Assembly: GCA_963765495.1 (NCBI GenBank)
Contig: CAVXWP010000001.1
Span: 288,001 to 352,000, forward strand
Direction of reading: 5' to 3'
Origin: Blastocatellia bacterium
GTDB lineage: Bacteria; Acidobacteriota; Blastocatellia; UBA7656
DNA length: 64,000 bases
Part shown: positions 31,401 to 41,562 of the stretch, in pieces
Layout: each line of letters begins with the position of its first letter
Position numbering within the stretch: the stretch's first letter is position 1
The notes under the pieces: model-generated
Databases searched by the model: none
The model's input: only the letters and a program-made list of their open reading frames with translations
What the model was told of the DNA's origin: nothing
Translations under genes and position numbers: made by a program

Positions 31401-31616
31401 AAAGACGATCCATCGCCCGTCGGGCGACACATCCAGGCTCATCCATGTACCTTCATCCGTGTCGAATTCGATCATCGTTGAAGGCCCGTGATCGCCTTCG
31501 ACATCCCACTTTTCGGCCTTCTTTTCGGCCTCTTTCGATTCGTCCTGAAAGGGTAGAGCCTGAACAGCTACGCCAAGCCACAAAATCAGAATACAGACCA
31601 GCAGTCTTCTAACCAC
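28419..31616 (-). CDS. Exported amidohydrolase with TolB-like/PD40 propeller repeats
   Basis: SPDG repeats; PGLIDVHSH; GSLEAGKLADL; start set at GTG after GAGG. Confidence 0.9.
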   Translation of the reverse strand: MVRRLLVCILILWLGVAVQALPFQDESKEAEKKAEKWDVEGDHGPSTMIEFDTDEGTWMSLDVSPDGRWIVFDLLGDIYKMPITGGHAELLSGGVSYETQPRFSPDGKLIAFTSDRDGGDNIWVMDADGKDRRQITKETYRLVNSPAWTPDGQYLLVRKHFVDTRSLGAGEIWMYHINGGGTGVQLTEKPNWTANSGEPAIDPKGRFVYFVNSTAFDYNKNVYDSIYWIERYDMTNARRTVFVRGSGGSIRPQVSPDGRYLSFIRRDRLKTVLYLREIESGREWPVYDNLTRDQQETWAVFGTYPGYNWMPDSKAIVITAQGKFTRINIETKQATPIPFTAHVAQKVADAVRFHHEVAPDRSTAKLLRWAKQSGDTVIYSALGKLYVKRGANAPKRLLNTKYLEYSPAFSRDGKKIAYVTWSDEEKGAVWIADADGSNARKITTIGDQYANPVFSPDGTRVAYLKGRGSVYQEEDLASESNFEIHYWDGREHHFVMDLSSRGSNARMPILTFSPEGDRIFFMESKDAKTYLSSVKLSGDDYQQHIESKYASEIIPSPDGAWVFFKELHKLYLAPFPKTGKTLKLSATEKLVPVNAVAEGSGDWLDWSADSRKVEWTLGENFYQQSLDNIFRKLEKDEKPPAPASTKIGFEFDSAKPHGQIALTNARIITMKGDEVIERGSILIEDNRIKAIGANISIPAGVRKIDMAGKTIMPGLIDVHSHMGYNALDIMPEKQWPYYANLAFGVTTTHDPSASTQMVFAQSEMVKAGVMAGPRIFSTGFILYGADNPEKAVINSYEDAKANIERLKAVGAISVKSYNQPRRNQRQEIIKAARDLEMMVVPEGGSTYYYNITHILDGHTGVEHALPVAPLYKDAVTLFARSKSGYTPTLIVGYGGIWGENYWYQHTNVWENERLLRFVPRSVVDARSRRRMMVPEDDFYHIDLSRSVKDIVRAGGRAQLGAHGQLQGLGAHWELWMLQQGGLTPLEAIRCGTLYGAEYLGFEKDIGSLEAGKLADLMVMDKNPLENIQNTRTIRYVMINGVLYDTDNMNEVYPEARARTKFFWEK

Positions 31617-31671
31617 AGTTTCACCTCGCAGATTCTTAAGTCGGTTTGGATTGAACAAGATTAGCATAAAC

Positions 31672-31773
31672 CTGATGCGTGATGCGTTCAATGATGCGTG
31701 AAGAGTGATTCGTGACTTTCAGCAAGGGCGCAGGTTTGAGACAACTCGCAAGCTTGCTCGAATCACGCATCAG
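31672..31773. repeat. 7-mer-periodic inverted repeat (TGATGCG family)
   Basis: CTGATGCGTGATGCG...GTGATTCGTGAC with AATCACGCATCAG overlapping the upstream stop. Confidence 0.7.
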
Positions 31774-33094
31774 CCTTACGTATAGACGGCAAAGAAACAT
31801 CCCCCGCCTTTCTGATGTCGTAAGCGATCTTGATAAACAGTTGCAGATAACCAAGTGTAGCTACCGCCAGCAAAAAGTAAGGCACAAGCGCCGGGCCAGC
31901 CTCTCCTGTCAACACTATCCCGGTCACAACCGCGAGCATCATCACCACCATGGTGATCTGATAATGGACGGTTCGGTGCCAGAGGCTGAACAGGGTTACA
32001 AACCCGAGTACGGCGACTTCGGTGCCGAGCGGGGCGGGCCATTTGAGCAACAACGCAAGCGAAAAATAATAGACCACCACAAGCCCGCGCACGAACTTTT
32101 GCAACGTGTAGTAATCTTCCCAGAAGAAAGGAAAAAAGGCCGCAAGCACCGCGCTTGCAAGCACCCAGTTCATCGCGCCCGCAGGCACACGCGCCGCCTC
32201 GGTCAGAGGGTAATGCCAGATCAATATAAGCCATATAGGCATTGAATTGCGGAGCCATTTTGCAAGCCGGGCAGGCCGGATCATTGTCAGGTCGGCTATC
32301 AGATAAACGTAATAGGCTGCCGCGGGCAGCCAGACTTTAAGATAATCTTCACCCCCCGTCCGGCGCGCTATCAGTACCAGTGTGGCGATGACAGAGACGA
32401 TGAGCGGTGCCCATTCGTAACTGCGAATGGGCGAAGGCGGTTGAGCATACCATCGCTCCCACCCCTCGGCTCCGCGCAGGGCCGGAGCAAGCGAGCGATT
32501 TATCTTTTCGGTCAACAATCGCATTACCTCGCGCGCATACTCCTTGTCCTCCGTGCGTCCGGCGCGCTCCGCCTCACTCAGCCGCACGGGAGCGTGATAG
32601 CGCACGATGATCTTTGCGGGGCGGGGCAGCAGCTTCCACTTAGGCCATGCGCGCGACGCTCCTCCAATGGTGACGGGCACAATCGGGGCTCCCGTCTCGA
32701 TGGCCAGTCGCGCCGTCCCCGATTTGAGATCGCCCATCGGTCCCTGTTCCGAACGTTGCCCTTCGGGGAAGATGCCAAGCGCGTGCCCGCCTTCGAGCAC
32801 GCGACGCGCTTCGAGATAAGCGGCCTCACCCTTGCCTCGCCTTATGTCAACCGGAAACGCGCCCAATGCCTTTATGACGGGTCCGAGCAGAGGCACTTTG
32901 AAGAGCGCATCCCACGCCATAAAACGTATGACTCGCTTGATCGGCAGCGCGACCAGGGCCGGATCGAGATAAGACGGATGATTGCCCGCGATGATCACCG
33001 CGCCGCGTTCGGGCACATTTTCAAGCCCGTGATACTCAACTGAAAAGAGTACCCGGAATATCAATCTTCCTGTGAGTTTTAATAGTGAAAGCAT
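31763..33094 (-). CDS. PlsC-type acyltransferase fused to a multi-TM domain
   Basis: NHPSYLD, FPEG motifs; several hydrophobic C-terminal helices. Confidence 0.88.
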   Translation of the reverse strand: MLSLLKLTGRLIFRVLFSVEYHGLENVPERGAVIIAGNHPSYLDPALVALPIKRVIRFMAWDALFKVPLLGPVIKALGAFPVDIRRGKGEAAYLEARRVLEGGHALGIFPEGQRSEQGPMGDLKSGTARLAIETGAPIVPVTIGGASRAWPKWKLLPRPAKIIVRYHAPVRLSEAERAGRTEDKEYAREVMRLLTEKINRSLAPALRGAEGWERWYAQPPSPIRSYEWAPLIVSVIATLVLIARRTGGEDYLKVWLPAAAYYVYLIADLTMIRPARLAKWLRNSMPIWLILIWHYPLTEAARVPAGAMNWVLASAVLAAFFPFFWEDYYTLQKFVRGLVVVYYFSLALLLKWPAPLGTEVAVLGFVTLFSLWHRTVHYQITMVVMMLAVVTGIVLTGEAGPALVPYFLLAVATLGYLQLFIKIAYDIRKAGDVSLPSIRKADA

Positions 33095-33223
33095 GTTTGT
33101 CCGTCGGCCGTTGTCGGTTGCAGATTATAACGATATTCATGTAAAGCCAAAATCCGTTTTCTGACAACGGACAAATTAGAGCCACTGGCGAGCGTTATCA
33201 AGCCGGATTATACTATTTACCGT

Positions 33224-34111
33224 ATGGCACTGGTGGAATTAAAACACGCGGAGAATACGCCCGGGGATTTTTTTGTTGATACCAGTTGTATAGACTGTGA
33301 TCTGTGTCGCCAGATCGCACCCGCCACCTTCTCTGACATTGGCGATCAATCGGTAGTGCATCATCAACCCGAAACTGAGGAAGAGGAATTTGCCGCGCTC
33401 AAGGCTCTGGTCACATGTCCTACGGCATCAATCGGCGCGCTCGGGTCGCACGCCGCCAGGCAGGCGGTTGCCGCCTATCCCGAATTGATTGAGGGTGACG
33501 TCTATTTTTGCGGCTTCGCATCGGAATCGTCTTTCGGCGCGTCAAGCTATCTGATAGTGCGGCCCGAAGGAAATGTTCTGGTGGATTCGCCGCGATTTGC
33601 CCGCCCTCTCGCAAGGAAGATTCAAGAGAGGGGCGGCGTCAGGTGGATGTTCCTCACACATCGCGACGATGTAGCCGATCACGAAAAATGGGCCGCCGAA
33701 TTCGGTTGCGACCGCATCATGCACCGCGATGATATAGGCCGTCTGTCGAGCATCGAGCGACCCCTCTCAGGCAACGATGACATAGTGCTTGATGACGAAC
33801 TGACAGCCATTCCCACACCGGGTCACACGCGCGGACACACCGCGTTGCTTTATAAGAATCGGTATCTCTTTTCAGGCGATCACCTCTGGTGGTCCGACAA
33901 TTACGGCTCGCTTTACGCATCGCCCAATGTCTGCTGGTATTCGTGGCCCCGGCAGATCGAATCCATCGAGCGATTGCTCGGTCACGAGTTTGAATGGGTT
34001 CTGCCAGGACACGGCCGCCGCGCTCACGCAGGACGTGAGCAGATGCGCCTTTATCTTGAAGAGTGCCTTGCGCGCATGAAAAATCACCCGCTCAGAGCAA
34101 GAGCGCTCTGA
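33224..34111 (+). CDS. Ferredoxin-fused metallo-beta-lactamase-fold protein
   Basis: CIDCDLC...TCP Fe-S motif; THRDDVADH, TPGHT, GDH, LPGHG. Confidence 0.88.
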   Translation: MALVELKHAENTPGDFFVDTSCIDCDLCRQIAPATFSDIGDQSVVHHQPETEEEEFAALKALVTCPTASIGALGSHAARQAVAAYPELIEGDVYFCGFASESSFGASSYLIVRPEGNVLVDSPRFARPLARKIQERGGVRWMFLTHRDDVADHEKWAAEFGCDRIMHRDDIGRLSSIERPLSGNDDIVLDDELTAIPTPGHTRGHTALLYKNRYLFSGDHLWWSDNYGSLYASPNVCWYSWPRQIESIERLLGHEFEWVLPGHGRRAHAGREQMRLYLEECLARMKNHPLRARAL

Positions 34112-34193
34112 GCAAAGCGACGCATCTGCTCAGCAACTCCCCGGCCCGATACGCATCATCCGCGATCTATTAACGCCGCCTCTTCTTGCACGA

Positions 34194-37019
34194 TTAATTT
34201 GTTCCGCCGAGCAGGATCGCGTTGAAGAGAAACTTGAACGTGCCCCAGGTCTGCGCCCTGTGCTGAGGTCGAAACCCAAACAGCACCACGTGCCCTCGCC
34301 CCATGCTCACATCGACCAGCGCCGATTTGCCCGAGATATATTCAGGCCCAAGCAGCCATCCCGATCTGAGCGGATTTCCCTCGACATAATTTGCCACCGA
34401 GCGGGCGCGGGTTTGATCGGTGATCTCAAAGGCAAAGGCGCTTACAATCGGCGCGGAAGGAACTCGGGCCGACGCCTGCCCACGCGATGAGGCATCGGGT
34501 GTGGCGGATGTAGAGTCAGGCGCGGCCTCCGGTTCGGGCTGTGCGCGGCGCGTGCCGCTCACAAAATAGAGATCGGCTTTTGCAGCCATCCCGTAGGCTA
34601 CGGGGTTCGACGTGTCCACCGTTGCCTGAAAGATCGAGCCCGGCGCGTAAAAACGATCTCGCTTTAGCCCGTCCAGAACGTTTTTTACCGGCAGATTGAA
34701 TTTATCAATCGCAAGCTCGGATGATGAATCGAGACAGATCAATACGCCGCCCGCCTCCACGAATTGCTTCAGATTGGCAACCCCGGCCTCTGTGATGCCG
34801 CCCGTGTACTGGGCCGGGTATGTGCCCTGTTTGTTGCCTTCGATGATCTGCTGCATGCTCTGGTCGGGCAGTATCACTACGTCGAATTTATCTCGGAGAC
34901 CGCCCACCCGTATATCCTCGTCGTTTATGTTTTTATAATCGAAGCCGAACTTCTCAAGCACCCAGCGGGTCCATCCTTCATCCATAGAAACGGCCCAACT
35001 GCGATAGAGCGCGACGCGCGGCAGCTTGAATCGATCAGAAGACACGGCTGCGGGTTTCGAACCTGACCGTTTATCTGTGATTGTCTGCACGTCGAAGCCC
35101 ACGCCGTATTTTGCCGCTATCGTTCCCACTCCGAACAATTCATTGAGGTCGCTCGCGTACGAGCGCGCCGGTCTTTTTCCGTTTGCCTTTTCAGCGGGTT
35201 TTGGCGTGATGACGAAAGTGCCCGCCGGATAGTCTATATCGCTGATTTCGGCGGGCCGGTTGAGACGCGAAATCGTTACCGTATCGCGCGTCTTCGCAAG
35301 CTCGTTTATAAACGCATAAGCGTTGTTCGCATCCGGTAAAAGATACGCCGTTATCCCGACTGCGTGAGGCGCGGTCAAAGAATTACTGTCGAAACCGACT
35401 ATCTTGTTTGCCGTATCAATCTTCCTCAACTCGACATCGAATCTCTTATCCGCCGCGACATACTCGACGCCCATCTGCATGGGCAGGGTCCACCCGGCCA
35501 CGTCATAAGGCTGCTCGGCAGGCCCGCCCGGATATATTCTGCGGTCGGGGTAGTGCTGGGCTTCAAACAGACATTTCACGTTGGCCCGATAAGGCTGCGC
35601 GAGCAATATTACATAGCTGTTTTTGCCGTACTGCTTCCCCTCGTATGTGAAGTCCGAGGTCGCCACGTGAACCTCTACGCCCTGTTGAATCAATATGTCG
35701 ATCATGTGGTCTGCGGTAGGCTGGTCACGCTGCCAGATCGGCACGATGTAGGCAAAGGGCGCTTCCTGTTTTCCCGCTTCGATGGCCCGTGCGCCCGCGT
35801 CCACGAAATTGCGGATCAACTCTTCGCGATGAAGTGAGGCTTCTTCAAGCGCCGTGCGGCAGGTTATCAATTCCATGTTCAAGATGTCGCGCATGCGCCA
35901 CGTGCCGCCTTCCCACACGGAAGGGAAATTCAAAGCCGGTTCGAGCGGATTCGAAAGCCCACGCGCCGACGAGCGCAGTTGCCCCCGCTTGATATCAATC
36001 GGCGTAGCGATCCGCGCCGACGCCGCCTCCGTCAGTATTCCGACCGAGTTGTGATAATAAGGCGCGCTGCGCAAGCCGCCGTGCCACCACATATCATAGG
36101 TCGAATTCGTGGCCACGCCCTTGAACCCGGCAGCCGTCAGATTCACGGCCATCTGCATCCCGAGCGCCCCCACCTCGCGCAGTATCACGGGGTCTATGTT
36201 TGGATTGGCCGGATCGAAAAACGGCGGCGCAACCATCCGCGAGCCGTATTGCCCCTGCTGATGCACATCGTAGACGATTTCGGGGAACCACTCGCGCCAG
36301 AACAATCGTGAAACTATATGAGTCTCGGTTTGAGTCAGCATGAACCAGTCGCGGTTGTTATCGTGACCCGCGTAGTGATGATAGAGCACGGGCGGGCTCG
36401 TGCCTTCGTGGCTTGTGCCGAGCGTCTTTCTGTACCAGTCGCCGACTATATCAATGCCGTCGGGGTTGACCGACGGCACAAGCACAAGCACGGTGTTTCG
36501 CAGGATTTCAGCCGTTTCTTCCGAGGTATCGCTCGCAAGACGGTAGGCCAGTTCCATCGACATCTGAGAAGCAACTATCTCGGTCGAATGAATCGAGCAG
36601 GTAATGGCAAGGACGGCGGGCGTATCGCGTATAAGGCTCCGGCGTTCGGATTGCTCGGCGATCAACCGGGGATCGGCCAGCCGCGCCTGAGCCTGACGGA
36701 TTCGCGGCAGGTTGCGGAGGTTTTCTTCCGAAGAAATGATTGCGACGATAAAGGGGCGGCCTTCGGTTGAAAGCCCCGCCTGTTGAACCGTCACACGGTC
36801 GGAGGCAGCATCGAGCCGCTTGAAATAATCTACTATATCGGACCACCGGGCAAGCTTGCGATCTTCGCCCGGCTCGAATCCGAGCACATCGCGCGGCGCG
36901 GGAGGCTTTTCATCTCTCGCCGCCTGCCTTACTGGTTTAGCCTCGGCGACCGCCCCCGCGAGCGCAAACAGTATGACAAGCAAAAAGAATTTGAAAAGAG
37001 AGCGCACAATCATATCCAA
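34194..37019 (-). CDS. Exported M14 zinc carboxypeptidase family protein
   Basis: IHSTE, NPDG, DNNRD, DVHQ; signal peptide; GATase-like C-terminal domain. Confidence 0.9.
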   Translation of the reverse strand: MDMIVRSLFKFFLLVILFALAGAVAEAKPVRQAARDEKPPAPRDVLGFEPGEDRKLARWSDIVDYFKRLDAASDRVTVQQAGLSTEGRPFIVAIISSEENLRNLPRIRQAQARLADPRLIAEQSERRSLIRDTPAVLAITCSIHSTEIVASQMSMELAYRLASDTSEETAEILRNTVLVLVPSVNPDGIDIVGDWYRKTLGTSHEGTSPPVLYHHYAGHDNNRDWFMLTQTETHIVSRLFWREWFPEIVYDVHQQGQYGSRMVAPPFFDPANPNIDPVILREVGALGMQMAVNLTAAGFKGVATNSTYDMWWHGGLRSAPYYHNSVGILTEAASARIATPIDIKRGQLRSSARGLSNPLEPALNFPSVWEGGTWRMRDILNMELITCRTALEEASLHREELIRNFVDAGARAIEAGKQEAPFAYIVPIWQRDQPTADHMIDILIQQGVEVHVATSDFTYEGKQYGKNSYVILLAQPYRANVKCLFEAQHYPDRRIYPGGPAEQPYDVAGWTLPMQMGVEYVAADKRFDVELRKIDTANKIVGFDSNSLTAPHAVGITAYLLPDANNAYAFINELAKTRDTVTISRLNRPAEISDIDYPAGTFVITPKPAEKANGKRPARSYASDLNELFGVGTIAAKYGVGFDVQTITDKRSGSKPAAVSSDRFKLPRVALYRSWAVSMDEGWTRWVLEKFGFDYKNINDEDIRVGGLRDKFDVVILPDQSMQQIIEGNKQGTYPAQYTGGITEAGVANLKQFVEAGGVLICLDSSSELAIDKFNLPVKNVLDGLKRDRFYAPGSIFQATVDTSNPVAYGMAAKADLYFVSGTRRAQPEPEAAPDSTSATPDASSRGQASARVPSAPIVSAFAFEITDQTRARSVANYVEGNPLRSGWLLGPEYISGKSALVDVSMGRGHVVLFGFRPQHRAQTWGTFKFLFNAILLGGTN

Positions 37020-37051
37020 TCAGTCCTTTCGGTTTCCCAAAATGTAGATTA

Positions 37052-37165
37052 GGAAAATTGAAACAGGCCACTGACAGACGCGGATTGAGGCGGATTTTCG
37101 CAGATTAGATCATGTAGAACCAAATCCGTGAAAATCCGTCGCATCCGTGTCATTCGTGATCTATT
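37052..37165. repeat. ~9-mer-periodic palindrome (CGGATT family), homologous to 54171-54282
   Basis: CGGATT units and AATCCG units; shared flank GGAAAATTGAAA.AGGCCAC. Confidence 0.75.
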
Positions 37166-37317
37166 GTCACAAGCCTTTCAATCAAATTTACCTTCGGTAC
37201 TTTCGCCGCTTAATGGTGACAAAGGTTAGCATATCTGATAGGCTGGCGGCTAACTGGCACGGAGATCGGCTCCGGTCAGCGACCTTATAATCCGTCTGTG
37301 CGAGGCAAAACTTTCGA

Positions 37318-38055
37318 ATGATGCCGCGTTTGCGAGCGCTTCTTCTGCTTGGTTTCTGGTTCACAAGCATAGCAGTCTTTGCGCCCTTCATGATACTGGC
37401 CACTTTAATCACCGGGAACGAGAATTTCATCTATCGCCCCGTGCGGGTATTCGTCAAATTTGGCCTCGCGATGGTCGGTGTTCGAGTTCAGGTGACGGGG
37501 GCCGAACGACTCACGCCCGGTCAGGCTTATATCTTCACACCCAACCATCAGAGCATGATCGAAGTGCCTCTGCTTGTGACTTATCTGAAACGCAACATCG
37601 CGTATCTGGCAAAGAAAGAGGTCTTCAAGTATCCGATATTCGGCTACGGAATCGGGTTGATGGGCGTGGTTCCGGTTGATCGCAGAAACACGCAATCGGC
37701 GGTCGAAAGCGCGCGACTGGCTACTGAAAACCTGCGAAAGGGCAAGTCTTACGCCGTGTATCCCGAGGGCACGCGATCACCCGACGGGCGGCTTCTCCCT
37801 TTCAAAAAAGGCGCGTTTATTATGGCGGTCGAAGGCCGCGTTCCCGTGGTTCCCGTGAGCATATCGGGCAGCACAAAGATCATGCCTAAGGGCGAAATCA
37901 AAATCTTTCCTTCAACCATTTATATAACCATTCACGATCCCATCGGCACGGAAAATTACTCTAAGGAGAACATAACCGAGTTGATGGAAATCGTGCGCGC
38001 GCGCGTGGTTTCGGCCCTGCCCGAAGAACAGGGAGCCGCACGCGCCGGAAGTTGA
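37318..38055 (+). CDS. 1-acyl-sn-glycerol-3-phosphate acyltransferase (PlsC family)
   Basis: NHQSMIE (HxxxxD with Glu), AKKE, YPEGTRS, FKKG. Confidence 0.88.
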   Translation: MMPRLRALLLLGFWFTSIAVFAPFMILATLITGNENFIYRPVRVFVKFGLAMVGVRVQVTGAERLTPGQAYIFTPNHQSMIEVPLLVTYLKRNIAYLAKKEVFKYPIFGYGIGLMGVVPVDRRNTQSAVESARLATENLRKGKSYAVYPEGTRSPDGRLLPFKKGAFIMAVEGRVPVVPVSISGSTKIMPKGEIKIFPSTIYITIHDPIGTENYSKENITELMEIVRARVVSALPEEQGAARAGS

Positions 38056-38091
38056 GCGATAAAGCAGGATAAAGCAGGATAAAGCAGAATG

Positions 38092-38288
38092 ATACCAAAT
38101 CTCGTCAGATAGAGACGGATGGGATTACAAAAGTCATATGGTAGGCGAATTTGAGCCGATAGCTCGCGCTAATAGGCCGGGACGGACGCGGATGCGGCCT
38201 ATTTCAAATATACTAATCTGCATCTTAGAGGTTAAAATGGTTCCGCGAATTCGGCTGCCAAACGTCATTATCAAAAAAGATTTGGTAT
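38092..38288. mobile_element. MITE-like 197-bp element with 11-bp terminal inverted repeats
   Basis: ATACCAAATCT / AGATTTGGTAT; AAAGCAGA on both flanks; similar left end at 63789. Confidence 0.5.
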
Positions 38289-38296
38289 AAAGCAGA

Positions 38297-40270
38297 TTAG
38301 GGTTTGAGACCGACTTTGCGAATGATCTCTTGAAAGCGCGGGTCAGGACGCAAATTGTCGAGTTCCGGGGTCATCTTTATGTGAATCATCTGATTCTCTC
38401 TCGCCTGATAAGCCTTTTCCAGCCATTCAAGCGCGTGCTCTTTGTCATCAAGGGCGGCGTAGATGACTGCGGCAGCATATATACTTCGCTTTTGTTCGCC
38501 CCCCTTCAACAGGACTTGAAGCATAGCCTCGGCCTCTGCTCGCTGACCACGGCCTGTGTAAGCTTTAGCCAGAAAGGGGGTTCTCTGTATCTCGCCCAGA
38601 CCATAGGATTTCCCAAATTCGCTGATTGCATCGTCAAACATTGATTGGGCCGTATAAATGCGCCCCAGCAGAATGTGCAATTTCGCATCGTTCGGATAGG
38701 CGCTGAGCGCGCTCCGGCATTGATCCAATGCTCGATCATAGCGGCGCGCGTAGAAGAGCATAGAGACATAGCCATAGTTGACGTCGTTCGAGATAGGATC
38801 GAGTCGAAATGCCTTTTCGGCTTCGGCGATTGATTCATCCGAACGACCGAGATCGCTCAACAGAGTGGCCAGATTTATATGAGCATCGGCGTTGTTGGGA
38901 TTCAACTCGATAGCGTGTCTCAGGGATTGCTCCGCGCCCGACCAGTCCCAGAATCCGAGGAACCTGATCCATCCCAGCGCATTATGCGCCTCGTCCAGAT
39001 TCGGGTCCAAAGCGAGCGACTTATTGGCCGCCGCAAGCGCCCGGTCTCGCATCTCTTCAAGGTCAGGTGTTGTTACGGCAAGGGCCAGATAGCCCAGGGC
39101 CAGCCCCGCATAAGCCTGTGGGTAATCCGGGTCTTTTTCGACAGCCTTCCTGTAAAAATCTACCGCCTTCTGGAACTGATACTGAAAGTAATAATATTTA
39201 CCCTGCGTGTAGAGTTGGTAAGCCTCGGTGTCTTCGGTGAAGCGTCTGGACAAAAGCTCCTGCTCGGTTTTGTTCGGCTGTAGCGAGAGCGCCTCCATCA
39301 TCTTTTCCGAGATGGAATCCTGCAACGCAAAGACGTTTGTAAAGAAATCGTCGAATTTGCCCGACCACAGCGTAGCCCCGTCCGATACGCGGAGCAGTTG
39401 CGCCGTGACGCGAATCCTTTTCTCGTCCTGTTGAATTCGCCCGTCAAGCACCGCTTCGACATTCAGTTCTCTTCCGGCGATAAGCGCGTCGGTGCCGGAA
39501 TCTGAGTATTTCAAGACGGCGCTCGTAGGGCGTACGGTTATTTCACTGAGGCTGCTCAACCGCGTAATCAGCGCGTCGGCCATCCCCATCCCAAGAGCCT
39601 GATCCGCCTCGCCCGTCGTCAGAGTCCTGAACGGCAGCACGGCAAGGCTGCGGCTGCTTGCGAAGATCGGGCTCCTGTTTTTCTGACCGGCGGGCCAGAG
39701 CAGAAAAGTTCCGACGCCGCCTATGACCAGAATCCCGAGCGCCAGCGCCAAGAGGCGAAACCTGCGAGCTTGTCCGGGTGACAGTGGTCTGATGGAGCCT
39801 TCTTTGTCCGATTCGGCCGCGCGGGTTTCGGCTTCGTCCGTTTGCCCGCTCTCTGCATCTGCCGGTCCGGCCTGACCCGAAAACGGAGTCTCGGCCTGCG
39901 GATTGACGGGCGGACTGATGAACGATTCATCATCGCTTACGACCTGTTTGGTCACCTCGGCTATGAAGCGGTAGCCGCGTCTCGGAACGGTTTCGATGTA
40001 ACGCGGGTTGGAAGGAAGCTCGCCGAGCGCCTTGCGCAGCGCAGACACGTTTACGCTCAGGTTCACCTCTTCGACAAAACTGTCAGGCCAGAGGGTTTCG
40101 AGCAAATAGTTCTTTTCAAGCAGCTTGCCCGGGTTTTCTATAAGCAGGACGAGCAGATCAAAGACCTTCGCCGTAAGCTCGACCGGTTGCCCCTCCCTCA
40201 GCAAAAGGCGCTCGACGGGGTCTAATCGGAAGGAACTGAATTCGTATAAGCGCTTTGCTTTCTTACTCAT
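38297..40270 (-). CDS. CadC/OmpR-type wHTH + TM + TolB-like + TPR regulator
   Basis: WPDSFVEEVNLSVNVSALRKAL, YIETVPRRGYRF; SLAVLPF; TPR repeats. Confidence 0.92.
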   Translation of the reverse strand: MSKKAKRLYEFSSFRLDPVERLLLREGQPVELTAKVFDLLVLLIENPGKLLEKNYLLETLWPDSFVEEVNLSVNVSALRKALGELPSNPRYIETVPRRGYRFIAEVTKQVVSDDESFISPPVNPQAETPFSGQAGPADAESGQTDEAETRAAESDKEGSIRPLSPGQARRFRLLALALGILVIGGVGTFLLWPAGQKNRSPIFASSRSLAVLPFRTLTTGEADQALGMGMADALITRLSSLSEITVRPTSAVLKYSDSGTDALIAGRELNVEAVLDGRIQQDEKRIRVTAQLLRVSDGATLWSGKFDDFFTNVFALQDSISEKMMEALSLQPNKTEQELLSRRFTEDTEAYQLYTQGKYYYFQYQFQKAVDFYRKAVEKDPDYPQAYAGLALGYLALAVTTPDLEEMRDRALAAANKSLALDPNLDEAHNALGWIRFLGFWDWSGAEQSLRHAIELNPNNADAHINLATLLSDLGRSDESIAEAEKAFRLDPISNDVNYGYVSMLFYARRYDRALDQCRSALSAYPNDAKLHILLGRIYTAQSMFDDAISEFGKSYGLGEIQRTPFLAKAYTGRGQRAEAEAMLQVLLKGGEQKRSIYAAAVIYAALDDKEHALEWLEKAYQARENQMIHIKMTPELDNLRPDPRFQEIIRKVGLKP

Positions 40271-40396
40271 AGAAGATTTAGGAACTCTTTAGGAGTTATT
40301 TCGGAGCCGTTTTAAGACTTCAGCCCGCCCGCCGAATTATAGTCCATCCGTCGCAAATTGGTACAGCAGCATTAATGGAGATAAGAATGCAGAATA

Positions 40397-40462
40397 GCCA
40401 CGGAGGTACAGAGGCACAGAGAAAATATTACAAAAATCTCTGTGTTTTTGTGTCTTTGTGGC
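40397..40462. repeat. 8-mer-periodic palindrome (CACAGAG family)
   Basis: GCCACGGAG GTACAGAG GCACAGAG / CTCTGTGT TTTTGTGT CTTTGTGGC; sibling at 61866-61925. Confidence 0.8.
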
Positions 40463-40498
40463 AAAAATTCTCCCTTTCCGATTTTTGAGAGCCTCAGG

Positions 40499-40942
40499 AT
40501 GAAAATGAAGAGATACATCGGCCAGGCCTCGATAGCAGCAGCGATCACAATCGCGATAGCGGCGGCTCTTCGTCTGGGGGCGGGCGAAGCGGACGGGGCG
40601 AAGATTGTTGCCTCCGGCGCTTTTCATCAGGTAGCCCACAAAGGCAGGGGAGTGGCCACTATCTATCAACTCCCCGATACAAAACTCGTGCTTCGATTGA
40701 CGGATTTCCACACCGACAGCGGACGGGACTTGCAGGTATATCTAATCTCGGCTCTAAATGCGCTGGAAAACGAGACGGTTCAAAAATCGGAGTTCGTATC
40801 GCTTGGCGAGTTGCGGAAAAGCGAAGGCGATCAGAGCTATGAACTGCCTGCGGGGCTGGACCTTACAAAGTATCGAGCCGTAACCGTCTGGAACAGGAAA
40901 TATCAGGTCAACTTTATCACAGCGCCTCTGACCTTGCGGTAG
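40499..40942 (+). CDS. DM13-domain exported protein
   Basis: GRDLQVYL, LGELRKSEGDQSYELP, YRAVTVW. Confidence 0.82.
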   Translation: MKMKRYIGQASIAAAITIAIAAALRLGAGEADGAKIVASGAFHQVAHKGRGVATIYQLPDTKLVLRLTDFHTDSGRDLQVYLISALNALENETVQKSEFVSLGELRKSEGDQSYELPAGLDLTKYRAVTVWNRKYQVNFITAPLTLR

Positions 40943-40974
40943 GGCGTTTGTGCGATCTGCCAGGAGATGAATTT

Positions 40975-41562
40975 ATGAACTCACCTTGCGTAGCGGTTCA
41001 AAAGTCAGAGGAAGCATTCACGGGGACCGGGATCAGTGAAGAGTCATTCGAAACAGCGGCCCTGCCTCATATGGATGATCTTTTCCGCACGGCCCGGCGC
41101 GTGATCGGAAACCCGGGCGATGCCGAAGACCTTGTGCAGGAGACCTATTTTCAGGCGTGGAAATCCTTTCATCGCTATGAGCCGGGTACCAACTGCCGGG
41201 CCTGGCTCTTCAAGATATTGTTTCACGTAATCCAGCACCATCGGCGCAAGTGGCTCAACTTCAAATTCAGCTCGATCAGCGAAGGCGAAATGCCGCTTGA
41301 AGACACGCTTGTTTATGAACCCCCCGTTCCCGAAGACCTCCGAGATGAAGAGATACTTCGGGCGCTCGATAAAATCCCCCGGCAATACAGAGAAGTGATG
41401 ATACTGGCCGATGTCGAAGAATTCGCTTACAAAGAGATCGCCGCGATATTGAGCATCCCCGTCGGTACCGTGATGTCGCGTTTGAATCGCGGCAGAAAGC
41501 TGTTAAGAACAGAACTTGCCGGGTTTGCCGAAAACTATGGAATCGTGAAATGTCAGATTTGA
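40975..41562 (+). CDS. ECF sigma factor
   Basis: DAEDLVQET, RAWLFKI, YKEIA...PVGTVMSRLNRGR; AGGAG SD. Confidence 0.93.
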   Translation: MNSPCVAVQKSEEAFTGTGISEESFETAALPHMDDLFRTARRVIGNPGDAEDLVQETYFQAWKSFHRYEPGTNCRAWLFKILFHVIQHHRRKWLNFKFSSISEGEMPLEDTLVYEPPVPEDLRDEEILRALDKIPRQYREVMILADVEEFAYKEIAAILSIPVGTVMSRLNRGRKLLRTELAGFAENYGIVKCQI

